DNA of 64,000 bases from an uncultured Dorea sp. (GCA_910577685.1 CAJTOH010000013.1:6493-70492), one strand, 5' to 3'. Counted from the first letter of the stretch, positions 36,934 to 47,790 are shown. Notes: generated by a model not told the origin, from the sequence alone. Translations and numbers: made by a program.

Positions 36934-38809
36934 AATCCTCACTCCTTCTTTCCTTTGTATCCTCTAACACCTCTTGATAATCCGTAATTCCTTTTCCCTC
37001 GTTGGGATGGCCGATAGAATATCCGCAATCCGCCGCATACACGCACAAAAGCGCCAGACAGCTCCACACCAGCACATTTTTCTTAATCTCCCGTATCCGG
37101 TTGTCCAGAAGGGGCGCCGCCACATACACGATTACCATGCCCCCGATTCCGAACACCAGCAAGCCCTCCGCGCAGATTCTGCCGTTCAGGTTCAGAAAAT
37201 ATCCGCTGTAGTCCCACCATTTCTTTCCCTCATAGAAGGTCTCAAGATAGTAAGACGTCCCGTACTCCACAACCCCGCATACGAAAATAATGCTGAAAAA
37301 CTGGATTACCGGATGATTCCGCACTCTATTTAACAGCGTAAGAAGCAGTACCCCGCCCGACCCGTAAATAGGAAGCCACGGCCCGTGAAGGGTTCCGCGG
37401 TTGACAAACACTCCGTCCAGCACCAGATGAATACTTACCTCCCAGCACCAACCGATCAAAGAGAAGATAAAAAACAGCATAATCAGAGACCACACGGAAT
37501 AGTGGCGCATATAGTGAAAGGTTTCGAATCTCTTCTGTTTCATCGCCTCCGGGAAATTGGACAGCCTAACAGGATAGACTCTTCCTTCCGCCGCATCCTT
37601 ATACATTCCAAGCCGCGTCTTAAGTTCCCGGTTCTCTTCGTAGTCTCTGTCTTCTCTGGAATCTCCCGGCAAAATACCAAACCAGTCGGATAAAAAGCCC
37701 TTAATTCCCCCCGGCTTTTTTACACTGTCCTCCTGCTCTTTCTTCCACTCCACCACGTCCGCATAGGATTCTTCCAGGATCTCCTGCGACGCCCTCTCAT
37801 ACAGATATGAATCATTCAGAAGCTCCGCCCCCGGAAGCTGCGCCTCTTTTGCCATAAGGCGCAGCCTTGCATAATACTCGCAGTACGCCGCCAACTGGTA
37901 GGGCAGGGAATAGAAGACCTCCGTAACCCCAAAGGTAAAGGCCCCGAGGAGGATCCACCCGATAAAAGAACATTCCATCTTGAAACATTCCCACTTATGT
38001 CCCCGCATCATTTTCCGGGAAAGCGTAATTGCCTGCCGCCCGCCAATCTCCGGGTTCTCTGCCAGAATATAGGGGACTAAGAAGTATGAGTAATACTTGA
38101 TAAACCCTCCGACAATAGTCAGCGTCCACAGTAACAAATAGACCATATACACAAGCATGGCAAGCGATACCTTTATCCACCGCTTCATGCGCAGCAAGAA
38201 CATGAACCGGTGAATCGGCAGCTTCTCATAGCAACGGCTCTCAAGAAACATTCTCGCCGCAATCACCGAATAAGTATTGACCACCAGCAGATAGAAGCCA
38301 AACACTCCTGCAAAAGCCAGCATAACCAATATAAGGCTCCCCAGATTATCCGAGCCGAACAAAGAATTAATCCCTGACACGAACATCACGATAAAGGAGC
38401 CTGATGTGATGCCGTTGACCAGCTTCGACAATGCGCCTTTGCTCCTTCCCAGGACCCGGCTGCCCTCCTTCGACCGCTCGATCTCCGCCTCCTTAAGTCT
38501 CTCTGAAAGTTCCCTCCCTTTTTCGTGGTCTCCCATCAGAATATGCTCCACTACGTCAAGCAGTCCGACGCTGCCCATCGCCACTCTGGTATCGCTCTCA
38601 GACGCGTCGCCGGCAAAATCCTCCTCTGCCGGTTCCTGTATCTGCGCGTCTACGGCCAGCACCTTCTCCGAGGAATACATCCTCACAAAATTATCAAAAC
38701 TCGAGCTTTGCAGCCCCAGAAATACAGCAATCAGACCCGTCATCACCAAAATCATATAATGTCTTTTAACCGTCTGTCTTGCTCTGGCTTTTATCTCTCT
38801 CCTAGTCAT
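36842..38809 (-). CDS. polytopic membrane protein: N-terminal DUF975-like module fused to a C-terminal CmpB/PF06541-like module
   Basis: The start was moved to ATG MTRREIKARARQ, with AGAGGA 6 nt upstream. The N-half resembles DUF975 (RREIKxxAR...). The C-terminal 200 aa (GWCWEVSIHL...GPWLPIYGSGG...VVEYGTSYYLE...WWDYSG) parallel the 27448 ORF. Confidence 0.7.
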   Translation of the reverse strand: MTRREIKARARQTVKRHYMILVMTGLIAVFLGLQSSSFDNFVRMYSSEKVLAVDAQIQEPAEEDFAGDASESDTRVAMGSVGLLDVVEHILMGDHEKGRELSERLKEAEIERSKEGSRVLGRSKGALSKLVNGITSGSFIVMFVSGINSLFGSDNLGSLILVMLAFAGVFGFYLLVVNTYSVIAARMFLESRCYEKLPIHRFMFLLRMKRWIKVSLAMLVYMVYLLLWTLTIVGGFIKYYSYFLVPYILAENPEIGGRQAITLSRKMMRGHKWECFKMECSFIGWILLGAFTFGVTEVFYSLPYQLAAYCEYYARLRLMAKEAQLPGAELLNDSYLYERASQEILEESYADVVEWKKEQEDSVKKPGGIKGFLSDWFGILPGDSREDRDYEENRELKTRLGMYKDAAEGRVYPVRLSNFPEAMKQKRFETFHYMRHYSVWSLIMLFFIFSLIGWCWEVSIHLVLDGVFVNRGTLHGPWLPIYGSGGVLLLTLLNRVRNHPVIQFFSIIFVCGVVEYGTSYYLETFYEGKKWWDYSGYFLNLNGRICAEGLLVFGIGGMVIVYVAAPLLDNRIREIKKNVLVWSCLALLCVYAADCGYSIGHPNEGKGITDYQEVLEDTKERRSEDYVSDIIVSAVCVGQCIYYPVDYSVAEYLPA

Positions 38810-39060
38810 AACTATCCTCTTCCGTAAATTTCCACAATACATAGCGTCTTGCGCCCATCGGCCGCAACACTCTATATAATACATGATTTTTTTTAGAAAG
38901 AAAATATTTTTTTATAATCTTAAACGGAAATTAAGAATATGATAAGATCTGAAACTATGATACAATGAACCTAATGAACGACTAACGCGATAGAAAGAAG
39001 TGAGCTTGCGGCACAGCTTTTAAATCTTCTCTACAACATCATAGACCGCACCTACATAGG

Positions 39061-39097
39061 GAAAATTCCCTGCTAGGACACTATTGCCCTAGCAGGG
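39061..39097 (-). terminator. gpsA terminator
   Basis: A perfect 10-bp stem pairs CCCTGCTAGG (39068-39077) with CCTAGCAGGG (39088-39097), followed on the minus strand by AATTTTC. Confidence 0.65.
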
Positions 39098-39145
39098 CTT
39101 GTGCTCTGCCGTCTGGTTACGTTCCCCCCTTAACCTTCCGAAGGA

Positions 39146-40159
39146 TTACTCCTGCCACTGCAATGCCTGATGCTCCGGCCTTCCGTCCCGGAGCATCAGC
39201 TCATTCACCGCTTCCCCCGGATCTTTTCCTTCGAATAACACTTCGCTTACTTTATCAATGATCGGAAGCGACACGCCGTACTTCTTTCCCAGCTTCACCG
39301 CTGCTTTGGCGGAGTACACGCCTTCCACCACCATCTGCACCTCGTCCATAGCTTCCTGCATAGTGCGTCCCTGCCCGATCAGGTATCCCGCTTTCCGGTT
39401 ACGGCTGTGGACGCTGGCGCAGGTAACAATCAGATCTCCGATTCCGGTAAGCCCTGTAAAGCTCTCCACCGCGCCTCCCATCTTCACGCCTAATCTGGCA
39501 ATCTCCGCAATCCCCCTGGTGATCAGCGCCGCTTTCGTGTTGTCTCCATAACCCAATCCGTCTGCGATTCCCGCCGCCAGAGCGATTACATTCTTAAGAG
39601 ACCCGCCCAATTCCATCCCGCGCATATCAGGGCTTATATAGACACGGAACACTTCATTCATAAAGACATCCTGAAGATACTCTGCAATCTCTTTCCTTCT
39701 GGCGCCCACAACCACAATGGTAGGCAGCCCTCTTCCCACTTCCTCCGCATGGCTCGGCCCCGATAAAACCGCTACCTCCGCCTGAGGAATCTCCTCTTCG
39801 ATCTGCTGGGAGAGCGTCATCAGCGTACTCTCCTCAATTCCCTTGGCCACATCCACGATGATCTGCCCCTTCGCCACATACGGGTTCATCTTGCGTGCGG
39901 TACTTCTCGTAAACGGAGACGGAACCGCCAGCACGATAAGATCCTTCCCCTTCGCAGCTTGCTCCATATCCGTGGTAAACGCCATGTCTTCCGGGATCTT
40001 CACCCCCGGCAGCTTGCTCACATGCTCCCTTCTCTCGGACAGCATCTCAACTTCCTCTTCACTGATTGACCATACGGTAACCTGATGCCCGTTCTTGTGG
40101 AGCAGAAGAGCCAGCGCCGTTCCCCAGCTTCCCGCGCCCATAATTCCAACATTTGCCAT
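39146..40159 (-). CDS. gpsA: NAD(P)H-dependent glycerol-3-phosphate dehydrogenase
   Basis: IMGAGSWGTALA Rossmann motif, then LKNVIALAAGI and GLTGIGDLIVTC. Confidence 0.95.
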   Translation of the reverse strand: MANVGIMGAGSWGTALALLLHKNGHQVTVWSISEEEVEMLSERREHVSKLPGVKIPEDMAFTTDMEQAAKGKDLIVLAVPSPFTRSTARKMNPYVAKGQIIVDVAKGIEESTLMTLSQQIEEEIPQAEVAVLSGPSHAEEVGRGLPTIVVVGARRKEIAEYLQDVFMNEVFRVYISPDMRGMELGGSLKNVIALAAGIADGLGYGDNTKAALITRGIAEIARLGVKMGGAVESFTGLTGIGDLIVTCASVHSRNRKAGYLIGQGRTMQEAMDEVQMVVEGVYSAKAAVKLGKKYGVSLPIIDKVSEVLFEGKDPGEAVNELMLRDGRPEHQALQWQE

Positions 40160-40222
40160 CGTCCTTCAATCCTTTCTTTTTCTATATATCTTATCAATTA
40201 CTGCCGCAAACTATTCGGACCG

Positions 40223-40867
40223 TCACTTACTCTTTCCCACGCTCAGCTTATTCTCCGTTCCGGACAGAAGCCTCTTAATATTAGCCCGATGCTTGAAGAA
40301 AGCAGACGCCATCAAAAACGCCGCAATCCCATACATCTCATAAAGATAGTCCGGCGCAATCCCATATGCCCCGGACTGCCCGAGGTAGATGATCCCGCCC
40401 AGATAGAGTACCACCACCGCTAAGGATCCCAGAGAGACATATTTGGTTCCGGCAACGATTCCCAGAAATACCGCCAGACAAATCAGAACCATCCAGGCAT
40501 TGGTCGTGCTCAGAAGCAGTCCGGCAGTCGTCGCAATCCCTTTACCGCCTTTGAACTTCATATAAAATGGATAATTATGCCCCAGAACCGCTCCCATGCC
40601 CGCGTACATGGATAGAAGCGGAAGCATGTCCCCATGGCTTTCCCCATAGATGAAACGCACCAGAAGGACCGCAAACACACACTTGAAGGCGTCTCCTAGG
40701 AACGTCACGGCTCCCGCCTTCCACCCCAGCGTCCTGAGCGCGTTGGTGGTCCCGGCATTGCCGCTTCCTTTACTGCGGATGTCTATATGATGCATCTTCC
40801 CATAGAGATACCCTGTCTGCAAAAGCCCGAATACATATCCGATTAATACACTGACCAAACGTTCCAT
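40223..40867 (-). CDS. plsY: glycerol-3-phosphate acyltransferase PlsY
   Basis: GSGNAGTTNALR and FKGGKG motifs, with about five TM helices. Confidence 0.9.
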   Translation of the reverse strand: MERLVSVLIGYVFGLLQTGYLYGKMHHIDIRSKGSGNAGTTNALRTLGWKAGAVTFLGDAFKCVFAVLLVRFIYGESHGDMLPLLSMYAGMGAVLGHNYPFYMKFKGGKGIATTAGLLLSTTNAWMVLICLAVFLGIVAGTKYVSLGSLAVVVLYLGGIIYLGQSGAYGIAPDYLYEMYGIAAFLMASAFFKHRANIKRLLSGTENKLSVGKSK

Positions 40868-40868
40868 A

Positions 40869-42197
40869 TTAACGCTCCTTTTCCTTTCTCTCTCTGATAA
40901 AGAACTTCAACGAGGTTCCGCAAAATCCGAATGCTTCCCGTATCTTATTCTCCAAATACCTCGTATATGAAAAATGCATCAACTCCTTGTCATTGACAAA
41001 GATTACGAATGTAGGCGGCTTCACGGATACCTGGGTAATATAGTAAAGCTTCAGCCTCTTCCCCTTGTCCGACGGCGGCTGCTGCATCGCTACCGCCTCC
41101 GTCATAATCTCGTTAAGCACCCCTGTCGCCACGCGCATAGACTGGTTCTCGATCACCATATCAATCATATCGTATAATTTTACCAGACGCTGTCCCGTCT
41201 GTGCGGACACATACATAATCTTCGCATATGGCATAAACGACAGGACCCGGCGGACTTCATTCTCATACTCCCGCATCGTCTTATCATTCTTCTCGATTGC
41301 ATCCCACTTATTGACGACAATAATAATCCCCTTGCCTCTCTCATGGGCGATTCCTGCGATCTTCGCGTCCTGTTCCGTCACGCCTTCCACGGCGTCGATC
41401 ACCATCAGAACCACGTCTGAGCGCTCCACGGCGGACACCGCCCGGATGATACTGTAACGCTCCAGCTCCTCTTTGATCCTGCTCTTCCTTCGAAGTCCGG
41501 CGGTGTCGATGAATACATACTCTTTCCCGTTATAAATAATATCCGTATCAATAGCGTCCCTTGTGGTCCCCGCTATATCCGACACAATCACCCTCTGTTC
41601 GCCGAGAAGCTTATTAATGATGGAAGATTTCCCTACGTTCGGTTTCCCGATGATCGCCACCCTCGGCCTGTCATCCTCCTCTTCCCCGGCGTCTCCTTTA
41701 GGGAAGTATTTTATTACTTCATCCAGCATATCCCCAAGCCCCAGCCGGGACGCTGACGAAACCGGAAAGGGATCGCCGATCCCGAGGTTATAGAACTCAT
41801 ACACATCCGGCATAAATTTTTCAAAACTGTCCACCTTGTTCACCACCAGAAGGACCGGTTTTGCCGACCGTCTCAGCATGTCCGCCACCTTCGAATCAGC
41901 GTCCACCAACCCCTGACGCACATCGGTCAGGAACAGGATCACATCCGCCGTATCAATGGCAATCTGCGCCTGCTCGCGCATCTGCGACAGAATCACATCC
42001 TTGCTCTCCGGCTCGATTCCTCCCGTATCCACCAAGGTAAATTCCCTGTCAAGCCAAGAAACGTCCGCATAGATACGGTCCCTTGTCACCCCCGGCGTGT
42101 CTTTCACGATTGAAATCATCTCGCCGGCCAGCGCATTAAAAAGGGTTGATTTTCCTACATTGGGCCTTCCAACGATCGCCACTACTGGTTTATTCAT
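40869..42197 (-). CDS. der: ribosome biogenesis GTPase Der (EngA)
   Basis: Two tandem G domains ([12 protein letters not shown] and [12 protein letters not shown], each with DTAG/NKxD) plus a C-terminal KH-like domain. Confidence 0.95.
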   Translation of the reverse strand: MNKPVVAIVGRPNVGKSTLFNALAGEMISIVKDTPGVTRDRIYADVSWLDREFTLVDTGGIEPESKDVILSQMREQAQIAIDTADVILFLTDVRQGLVDADSKVADMLRRSAKPVLLVVNKVDSFEKFMPDVYEFYNLGIGDPFPVSSASRLGLGDMLDEVIKYFPKGDAGEEEDDRPRVAIIGKPNVGKSSIINKLLGEQRVIVSDIAGTTRDAIDTDIIYNGKEYVFIDTAGLRRKSRIKEELERYSIIRAVSAVERSDVVLMVIDAVEGVTEQDAKIAGIAHERGKGIIIVVNKWDAIEKNDKTMREYENEVRRVLSFMPYAKIMYVSAQTGQRLVKLYDMIDMVIENQSMRVATGVLNEIMTEAVAMQQPPSDKGKRLKLYYITQVSVKPPTFVIFVNDKELMHFSYTRYLENKIREAFGFCGTSLKFFIRERKEKER

Positions 42198-42275
42198 ACT
42201 CTATCTCCTATTCTGCTCATCTAGATCTCCGATACCGCCGCAACAAGTGAAAGCCTTCCGCGGCATCCTGCGCTT

Positions 42276-43595
42276 TCAGACGCGCAGGACGGCTTCCACA
42301 AAGTCTTGTCCGCTTGATTTTACAATATCCGCACGCACTTGTAAAGCCTCTTCCACTTCCGAAAGGGTCACATCGTCCAGAAATACCTCTTCCCCGCTGC
42401 GGAACATATTGCAAGGTAAAAGCAGCCTTTCCCCAAGCTCTCTGCCCCGAAGCTGCGCAATCAGGTCCCGTCCCGTAATCAGCCCCGACACTGTGATCAT
42501 CTTCCCGAAGAAATCGTTTTGGATCGGATAAATGTGTATCTTGGTCTTAGGATACTTACTCCGAAGCTTTTCGGCCATCTTCCGAATATACGGATATGCC
42601 AGAACCCCCGTCGCCACGGAAACCTCTCTCTCCCTGCCGTCGCCCTTCGCCTCTTCATAGGCCTGCTGAAACTCGTCTTCCAGCAGGCGAAGCATCCCGA
42701 CGCCGTTCTCAAGCTGCAGATAACCGTCATACCGCTCTTGTTCCGGCACTTCTTCCCCTGCCAGAATATACCATTCGTCTCCCCCATGGATAAAATGGAT
42801 CCCATGCTCTTTATAAATCCGATCCTGCCACAGATGAATCGTCTCTAAAACCTGTCTCGCGTCTTCCTTCCGAAACGGCTCCAAGGGATACAGCCCCTCC
42901 CGGTATCTGGTAAGCCCCACAGGAACCACCGACACACTCTGCAGGCAGGGGATATACTTTGTCAGTTCGCGGATGCTGCGCTCTAGTTCCTCCCCGTCGT
43001 TGACGCCCTTACACAGCACAATCTGGCCGTTCATCAGAATCCCGCCTTCATAGAGACGGTCTACCTTCTTCAAAGCCTCGCCGGCGAAACGGTTGTGAAG
43101 CATCCGGCACCGGAGTTGGGGATTCATGGTATGGAACGATATATTAATAGGCTCCAGACGGTAGTTCACTATTCGGCTGATGTCATGGTCGCTCATATTC
43201 GTAAGCGTCACATAATTCCCCTGAAGGAAAGACAGCCTGGAATCGTCGTCCTTGAAATACAGCGTCTCACGCATTCCCCTGGGCATCTGGTCGATAAAGC
43301 AGAAGATACACTTATTCTTACAGGAACGGTATTCGTCCATCAGCCCCTGCTCGAATTCAATCCCCAAGTCTTCCTCAAAGTCTTTCTCTATCTCAAGTTC
43401 CCATTCCTCACCGTCCGGCTTCTTGATTAGAAGCACCAGGTCTTCATCATTCACAAGGAAATGATAGTCAAACACATCGCCGACTTCACTGTCATTGATA
43501 GAAATCAGTTTGTCGCCCGGTTCAATTCCCATCTCCTCTGCGATACTGTCCGGCAGTACATTCTTTATTACATGCTCATGCTTATTTACACTCAT
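42276..43595 (-). CDS. PDZ-domain radical-SAM-like protein, DUF512 family
   Basis: N-terminal PDZ (SIAEEMGIEPGDKLISIND), a Cys cluster CKNKCIFCFIDQ, and a DUF512-type C-terminus. Its position upstream of der is conserved. Confidence 0.75.
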   Translation of the reverse strand: MSVNKHEHVIKNVLPDSIAEEMGIEPGDKLISINDSEVGDVFDYHFLVNDEDLVLLIKKPDGEEWELEIEKDFEEDLGIEFEQGLMDEYRSCKNKCIFCFIDQMPRGMRETLYFKDDDSRLSFLQGNYVTLTNMSDHDISRIVNYRLEPINISFHTMNPQLRCRMLHNRFAGEALKKVDRLYEGGILMNGQIVLCKGVNDGEELERSIRELTKYIPCLQSVSVVPVGLTRYREGLYPLEPFRKEDARQVLETIHLWQDRIYKEHGIHFIHGGDEWYILAGEEVPEQERYDGYLQLENGVGMLRLLEDEFQQAYEEAKGDGREREVSVATGVLAYPYIRKMAEKLRSKYPKTKIHIYPIQNDFFGKMITVSGLITGRDLIAQLRGRELGERLLLPCNMFRSGEEVFLDDVTLSEVEEALQVRADIVKSSGQDFVEAVLRV

Positions 43596-43684
43596 TATTC
43601 AAATATCCTTTTCGTTTTCCCGTAAGATATAGCTTTAGTATAGCACATCCCTGCCGCAATTTCCATACAATGTAGAATCTATAG

Positions 43685-43714
43685 TTGACCGCCCTCCCTA
43701 AAAAATGATATAAA
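43685..43714 (+). promoter_or_regulatory. sigma-A-type promoter for prs
   Basis: TTGACC (43685-43690), an 18-nt spacer, then TATAAA (43709-43714), preceded by TGA. Confidence 0.5.
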
Positions 43715-43755
43715 TATCTTAGGATTGTATCAACTAACACACATAGGAGATTAAC

Positions 43756-44934
43756 ATGCCAAACATCAAATTAATGGAAACGGCGCTTCCAATCGCGCCC
43801 CTAAAGATTGCGGCTCTCGATTCCTGTAAGGAACTTGGGCAGAAAGTAGACCAATACATCGTAGGATTTCGTCAGGACACGCTGAGGGAGTCTTTGGATT
43901 CTCCGCTTTTTTCCAGCTATCGTCCGGATACCTATCTGGTTGGCTGCCAATGCCCGCGCTTTGGCACAGGGGAAGCCAAAGGCCTGATCCGCGAATCTAT
44001 CCGCGGTAAAGATCTATTCGTCATTGTCGACGTATGTAACTACAGCCTGACTTATACGGTCAACGGTCATCCGAACCACATGTCGCCGGACGACCATTAC
44101 CAGGACCTGAAGCGCATCATATCGGCTGCCAACGGCAAGGCTCACAGGCTGAACGTCCTCATGCCTTTCCTGTACGAGAGCCGCCAGCATAAGCGCACCA
44201 AACGCGAATCCCTTGACTGCGCTCTGGCGCTTCAGGAATTAACGGAAATGGGAGTAGACAATATCATCACCTTTGACGCCCACGATCCCAGAGTTCAGAA
44301 TTCCATCCCGCTCCACGGTTTCGACAGCTTCAATCCGCCTTACCAGTTCATCAAGGCGTTGCTGCGCGCAGAACCGGAGCTGATTGTGGACAAAGACCAC
44401 CTGATGATCGTAAGCCCCGACGAGGGCGCTATGCATCGGGCCGTCTATTTCTCCAACGTAACCGGGGTGAACATGGGGATGTTCTACAAACGCCGGGATT
44501 ATTCTACCGTCGTAAAAGGAAAGAACCCCATCGTCGCCCACGAATTCCTCGGAGACGATATCCGCGGTAAAGACGTAATCATTGTCGATGATATGATCTC
44601 TTCCGGCGAAAGTATGTTAGACGTGGCAAAACAGATCAAAGAACGCGGCGCTAACCGTGTATTCGTCTGTACCACCTTCGGACTGTTCACAGAGGGCTTC
44701 CAAATCTTCGACGACTATTACAACAAGGGTTATATCGACAGGGTCATCACCACCAATCTGACCTATCTGCCGCCGGAAGCATATGAAAAGCCATATTTCA
44801 CGGCAGCAGACATGAGCAAATTCATCGCGCTGATTATTGATTCCATGAACCACGATATTTCCATCGGGAAAGTCTTAAATCCAACAGACAAGATCCACGC
44901 GCTTCTAAAGGAACACAACCGAAGACTGACCTAA
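43756..44934 (+). CDS. prs: ribose-phosphate pyrophosphokinase (long form)
   Basis: DAHDPRVQN and the PRPP-binding loop VIIVDDMISSGES. TAGGAG RBS is present. At 392 aa it is longer than the classical roughly 315-aa Prs. Confidence 0.8.
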   Translation: MPNIKLMETALPIAPLKIAALDSCKELGQKVDQYIVGFRQDTLRESLDSPLFSSYRPDTYLVGCQCPRFGTGEAKGLIRESIRGKDLFVIVDVCNYSLTYTVNGHPNHMSPDDHYQDLKRIISAANGKAHRLNVLMPFLYESRQHKRTKRESLDCALALQELTEMGVDNIITFDAHDPRVQNSIPLHGFDSFNPPYQFIKALLRAEPELIVDKDHLMIVSPDEGAMHRAVYFSNVTGVNMGMFYKRRDYSTVVKGKNPIVAHEFLGDDIRGKDVIIVDDMISSGESMLDVAKQIKERGANRVFVCTTFGLFTEGFQIFDDYYNKGYIDRVITTNLTYLPPEAYEKPYFTAADMSKFIALIIDSMNHDISIGKVLNPTDKIHALLKEHNRRLT

Positions 44935-44962
44935 AAACTCTCCGTCTTCCGCTTAAAAGGAA

Positions 44963-45006
44963 GAGGCTGCTGCGAAATAAGCAAATTTCGCAGCAGCCTC
45001 TTTTTT
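44963..45006. terminator. bidirectional rho-independent terminator (prs / deacetylase)
   Basis: A perfect 16-bp stem pairs GAGGCTGCTGCGAAAT (44963-44978) with ATTTCGCAGCAGCCTC (44985-45000), followed by TTTTTT and preceded by AAAAGGAA. Confidence 0.9.
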
Positions 45007-45013
45007 ATATTCT

Positions 45014-46471
45014 TTATTGACAGAAATCCGTATAACTATTCCCGTTCTCCATCCCGATTCCCCGCGCAGCAGCCATCTCGGAAACCGTCACCAACTGGAA
45101 CCCCGACTCGATCAGCTTCGGAATCAGCACCATGGCCGCATCCACGCTCTCCGTATGGATATCGTGCATCAGGATAATATCTCCGTCCTTCACCTTGTCC
45201 ATAACGTTATCAATGGTGGACTGGGCGTCTCTGGTCTTCCAGTCCAGAGTATCAATATTCCATAGAATCAACGGCATACCGGCTATGGACTTCAACGTGC
45301 TGCCAATCGCGCCGTAGGGCGGACGAAGCAGTGAAGCCGGCTGGCCGGCCGCATCCTTTAAATTCTGATTCGTGCGGTCAATCTGATCGCGGATCCCGGC
45401 CGCATCCATCTTGGAAAGGTCCGGATGATCATACGAATGGCTTCCAAGCTCACAGCCGATCTCTTTCATCCTCTTAACCTCGTTCGGATATCTCGCCACA
45501 TTCTTACCCTGCATAAAGAAGGTAGCATGGGCATGGTTGGCCGCAAGAGCCTCCAAAAGCTCGCCGGTACGTTTCCCCGGCCCGTCGTCAAAGGTCAGCG
45601 CAACCATAGGCCTGGACGGGTCTACATTGCTGTCCTCCATGGACTTAAGCACGCCCTCCTTGTCAAAAGAACACTTCGCCATCCCTATGTAAAGCTCTCC
45701 CTTCGCCATCTTCCCTTCCTGATCAAAGTAATAAGTGTTCTCGTCAATATCCTTCCAGCCGGTTATCATCTTTCCATCGGCATCAAGATAGTATCTGGAA
45801 TCTTCCACGTCTACCCAGCCGGTCTTGCGAACGCCGTCCTCGTCCATATAATATCTGCCCTCTGCCGAGTCTACCCAGCCGGTCGCCTTATTCCCTTCCC
45901 CGTCCAGATAATACGTGTTCCCTTTGGAAACTACGAATTCATTGGTCACGTAAGTTCCGTCATGCCGTTTGAACCGGCTGCCGTCCCACTCTCCCAATAC
46001 ATTCTTCACCGTCAGCAGCGCGTCTAAGGTATCTATCCTGACCAATCCCATCCATGTCTGTTCAAGGGCCTTGCGGATCTTGTCCGAAAGCTGAAGGTGG
46101 ATGGGATACTCTCCCTCCAAAGCGGTATCGGCATCGCATGTCACGGTATACCCCTTCCCTCTCTTAAAATCCTTCACAAGGTCCCGCGCCGTGTAACCCG
46201 ACTCTCCGTCTAAAATAGTCTCTTCATTCCCCACCAGCTCCGCCTCTATCTCAAACTTCGGAAGCTCTTCCCCCTGCAAAATGGACGCCTCCTTAAGCTT
46301 AAGAAAAACGCTCGCCTCCTGTCTGGAAGCCGTCGCCGTAGTCAGAAAAAGAAGAGGCACCACGCAAATCAGCAAAAGAGTAAGAATACGCAGACACATC
46401 CTCACTCTCTTCACCTTTCGGATCCTCTTCTCCTTTAATAATCTTCGCTCCTCGCTTCTATCATTCGTCAT
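45014..46471 (-). CDS. cell-wall-associated polysaccharide deacetylase (NodB domain) with cell-wall-binding repeats
   Basis: An N-terminal TM anchor, then four or five GW..YY(F/L/M)D..G CW_binding_1-type repeats (TGWVDSAEGRYYMDEDG, TGWVDVEDSRYYLDADG, TGWKDIDENTYYFDQEG). The C-terminal NodB motifs are ALTFDDGP, HSYDHP, LLRPPYG and IILMHD. Confidence 0.85.
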   Translation of the reverse strand: MTNDRSEERRLLKEKRIRKVKRVRMCLRILTLLLICVVPLLFLTTATASRQEASVFLKLKEASILQGEELPKFEIEAELVGNEETILDGESGYTARDLVKDFKRGKGYTVTCDADTALEGEYPIHLQLSDKIRKALEQTWMGLVRIDTLDALLTVKNVLGEWDGSRFKRHDGTYVTNEFVVSKGNTYYLDGEGNKATGWVDSAEGRYYMDEDGVRKTGWVDVEDSRYYLDADGKMITGWKDIDENTYYFDQEGKMAKGELYIGMAKCSFDKEGVLKSMEDSNVDPSRPMVALTFDDGPGKRTGELLEALAANHAHATFFMQGKNVARYPNEVKRMKEIGCELGSHSYDHPDLSKMDAAGIRDQIDRTNQNLKDAAGQPASLLRPPYGAIGSTLKSIAGMPLILWNIDTLDWKTRDAQSTIDNVMDKVKDGDIILMHDIHTESVDAAMVLIPKLIESGFQLVTVSEMAAARGIGMENGNSYTDFCQ

Positions 46472-46624
46472 TACTTACATCTCCCCATATATCCGGCCGA
46501 TCCTTCAAGTCACGCAGGAACTAAACAAAATCTCTCTGCTTAGTTCTTTAGCTGAGTATACAGGAAATCAAAAAGTATTTCAATAAAGATTATGTTAAGA
46601 ATATTTAATTATTCTTTAATATTT

Positions 46625-47788
46625 TTATCTGATTATACGAACCCGAAGCACTTCCTTCACCTGATTGAGTTCTTCCTCCAAACGGTCCGAGACGGTACTG
46701 TCTATATCAATCATTGTATACGCGTATTTTCCTTTACTCTTATTCGTCAGATCAGCAATATTCATGTTATCCTTTGCCAAAATATTCGTGAACTGCCCGA
46801 TCATGTTCGGCACGTTTCTGTGAAGCAGGAGAATCCGGGTATTATCTCCTTTGATACCCATATCACAGTTGGGATAATTGACCGAATTTTTAATATTCCC
46901 ATTCTCCAGATAATCCCTGAGCTGTTTTACCGCCATTTTGGCGCAGTTGTCCTCCGACTCCTCCGTGGACGCCCCCAGATGCGGAATCACGATGGCTCCT
47001 TTTACTCCCGCCGTCACAGGCGTCGGGAAATCCGATACATAATGCTTCACATGACCCGACAGAAGCGCATCCACCATCGCCTCCTCGTCTACCAGCACAT
47101 CCCTCGCAAAATTAAGCACCACGACCCCCTTCTTCATAAGGCCGATCGCGTCTTTATTGATCATTCCCTTCGTCTGCTCCATAGCCGGAACATGGATCGT
47201 AATATAATCGCAATTCCCGTACAGCTCATCCACCGTCTTCGCATGGTGGATGCTTCTGGACAGCCTCCACGCCGATTCAACGGAAACATACGGGTCGTAG
47301 CCATATACATCCATACCGAGATTGGTCGCGGCGTTGGCAACCAGAACGCCAATAGCGCCAAGACCAATGACGCCGAGCTTCTTGCCCTCTAACTCGCACC
47401 CGGCGAACGCTTTCTTAGCTTTCTCCGCATCCTTTGCAATATTGCCGTCCTCCTCATTCTCCTGTACCCAGTTGATACCGCCGATGATATCCCGGGATGC
47501 CAGAAACATTCCCGCAATGACCAGTTCCTTCACCCCGTTGGCATTTGCGCCCGGCGTATTGAATACGACGATTCCGTCCTCGGCGCATCTCTCCAGAGGA
47601 ATATTGTTGACCCCCGCGCCGGCTCTGGCGATCACCTTAAGGTTCTTCGAGAATTCCATATCGTGCAGGGCGGCGCTTCTCACCAGCACCGCGTCCGCCT
47701 TTTCCGGCGTGCCCGCCGGGACATATTCTTCCGTCAGTTTCTCAAGCCCCACGTCAGAGATTGGATTTAAGCAATAATATTTATACAT
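46625..47788 (-). CDS. serA: D-3-phosphoglycerate dehydrogenase
   Basis: 2-hydroxyacid dehydrogenase fold (GVIGLGAIG, HVP, PHLGAST) with a C-terminal ACT domain. It lies 2 nt downstream of serC. Confidence 0.9.
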   Translation of the reverse strand: MYKYYCLNPISDVGLEKLTEEYVPAGTPEKADAVLVRSAALHDMEFSKNLKVIARAGAGVNNIPLERCAEDGIVVFNTPGANANGVKELVIAGMFLASRDIIGGINWVQENEEDGNIAKDAEKAKKAFAGCELEGKKLGVIGLGAIGVLVANAATNLGMDVYGYDPYVSVESAWRLSRSIHHAKTVDELYGNCDYITIHVPAMEQTKGMINKDAIGLMKKGVVVLNFARDVLVDEEAMVDALLSGHVKHYVSDFPTPVTAGVKGAIVIPHLGASTEESEDNCAKMAVKQLRDYLENGNIKNSVNYPNCDMGIKGDNTRILLLHRNVPNMIGQFTNILAKDNMNIADLTNKSKGKYAYTMIDIDSTVSDRLEEELNQVKEVLRVRIIR

Positions 47789-47790
47789 GA

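Noticed and set aside
38885-39060. Possible small RNA or tRNA in the 335-nt spacer between the DUF975 fusion gene and gpsA.
   Set aside because: No cloverleaf or conserved ncRNA motifs are present. The region is AT-rich and is adequately explained by the gpsA terminator plus the promoter of the downstream gene.
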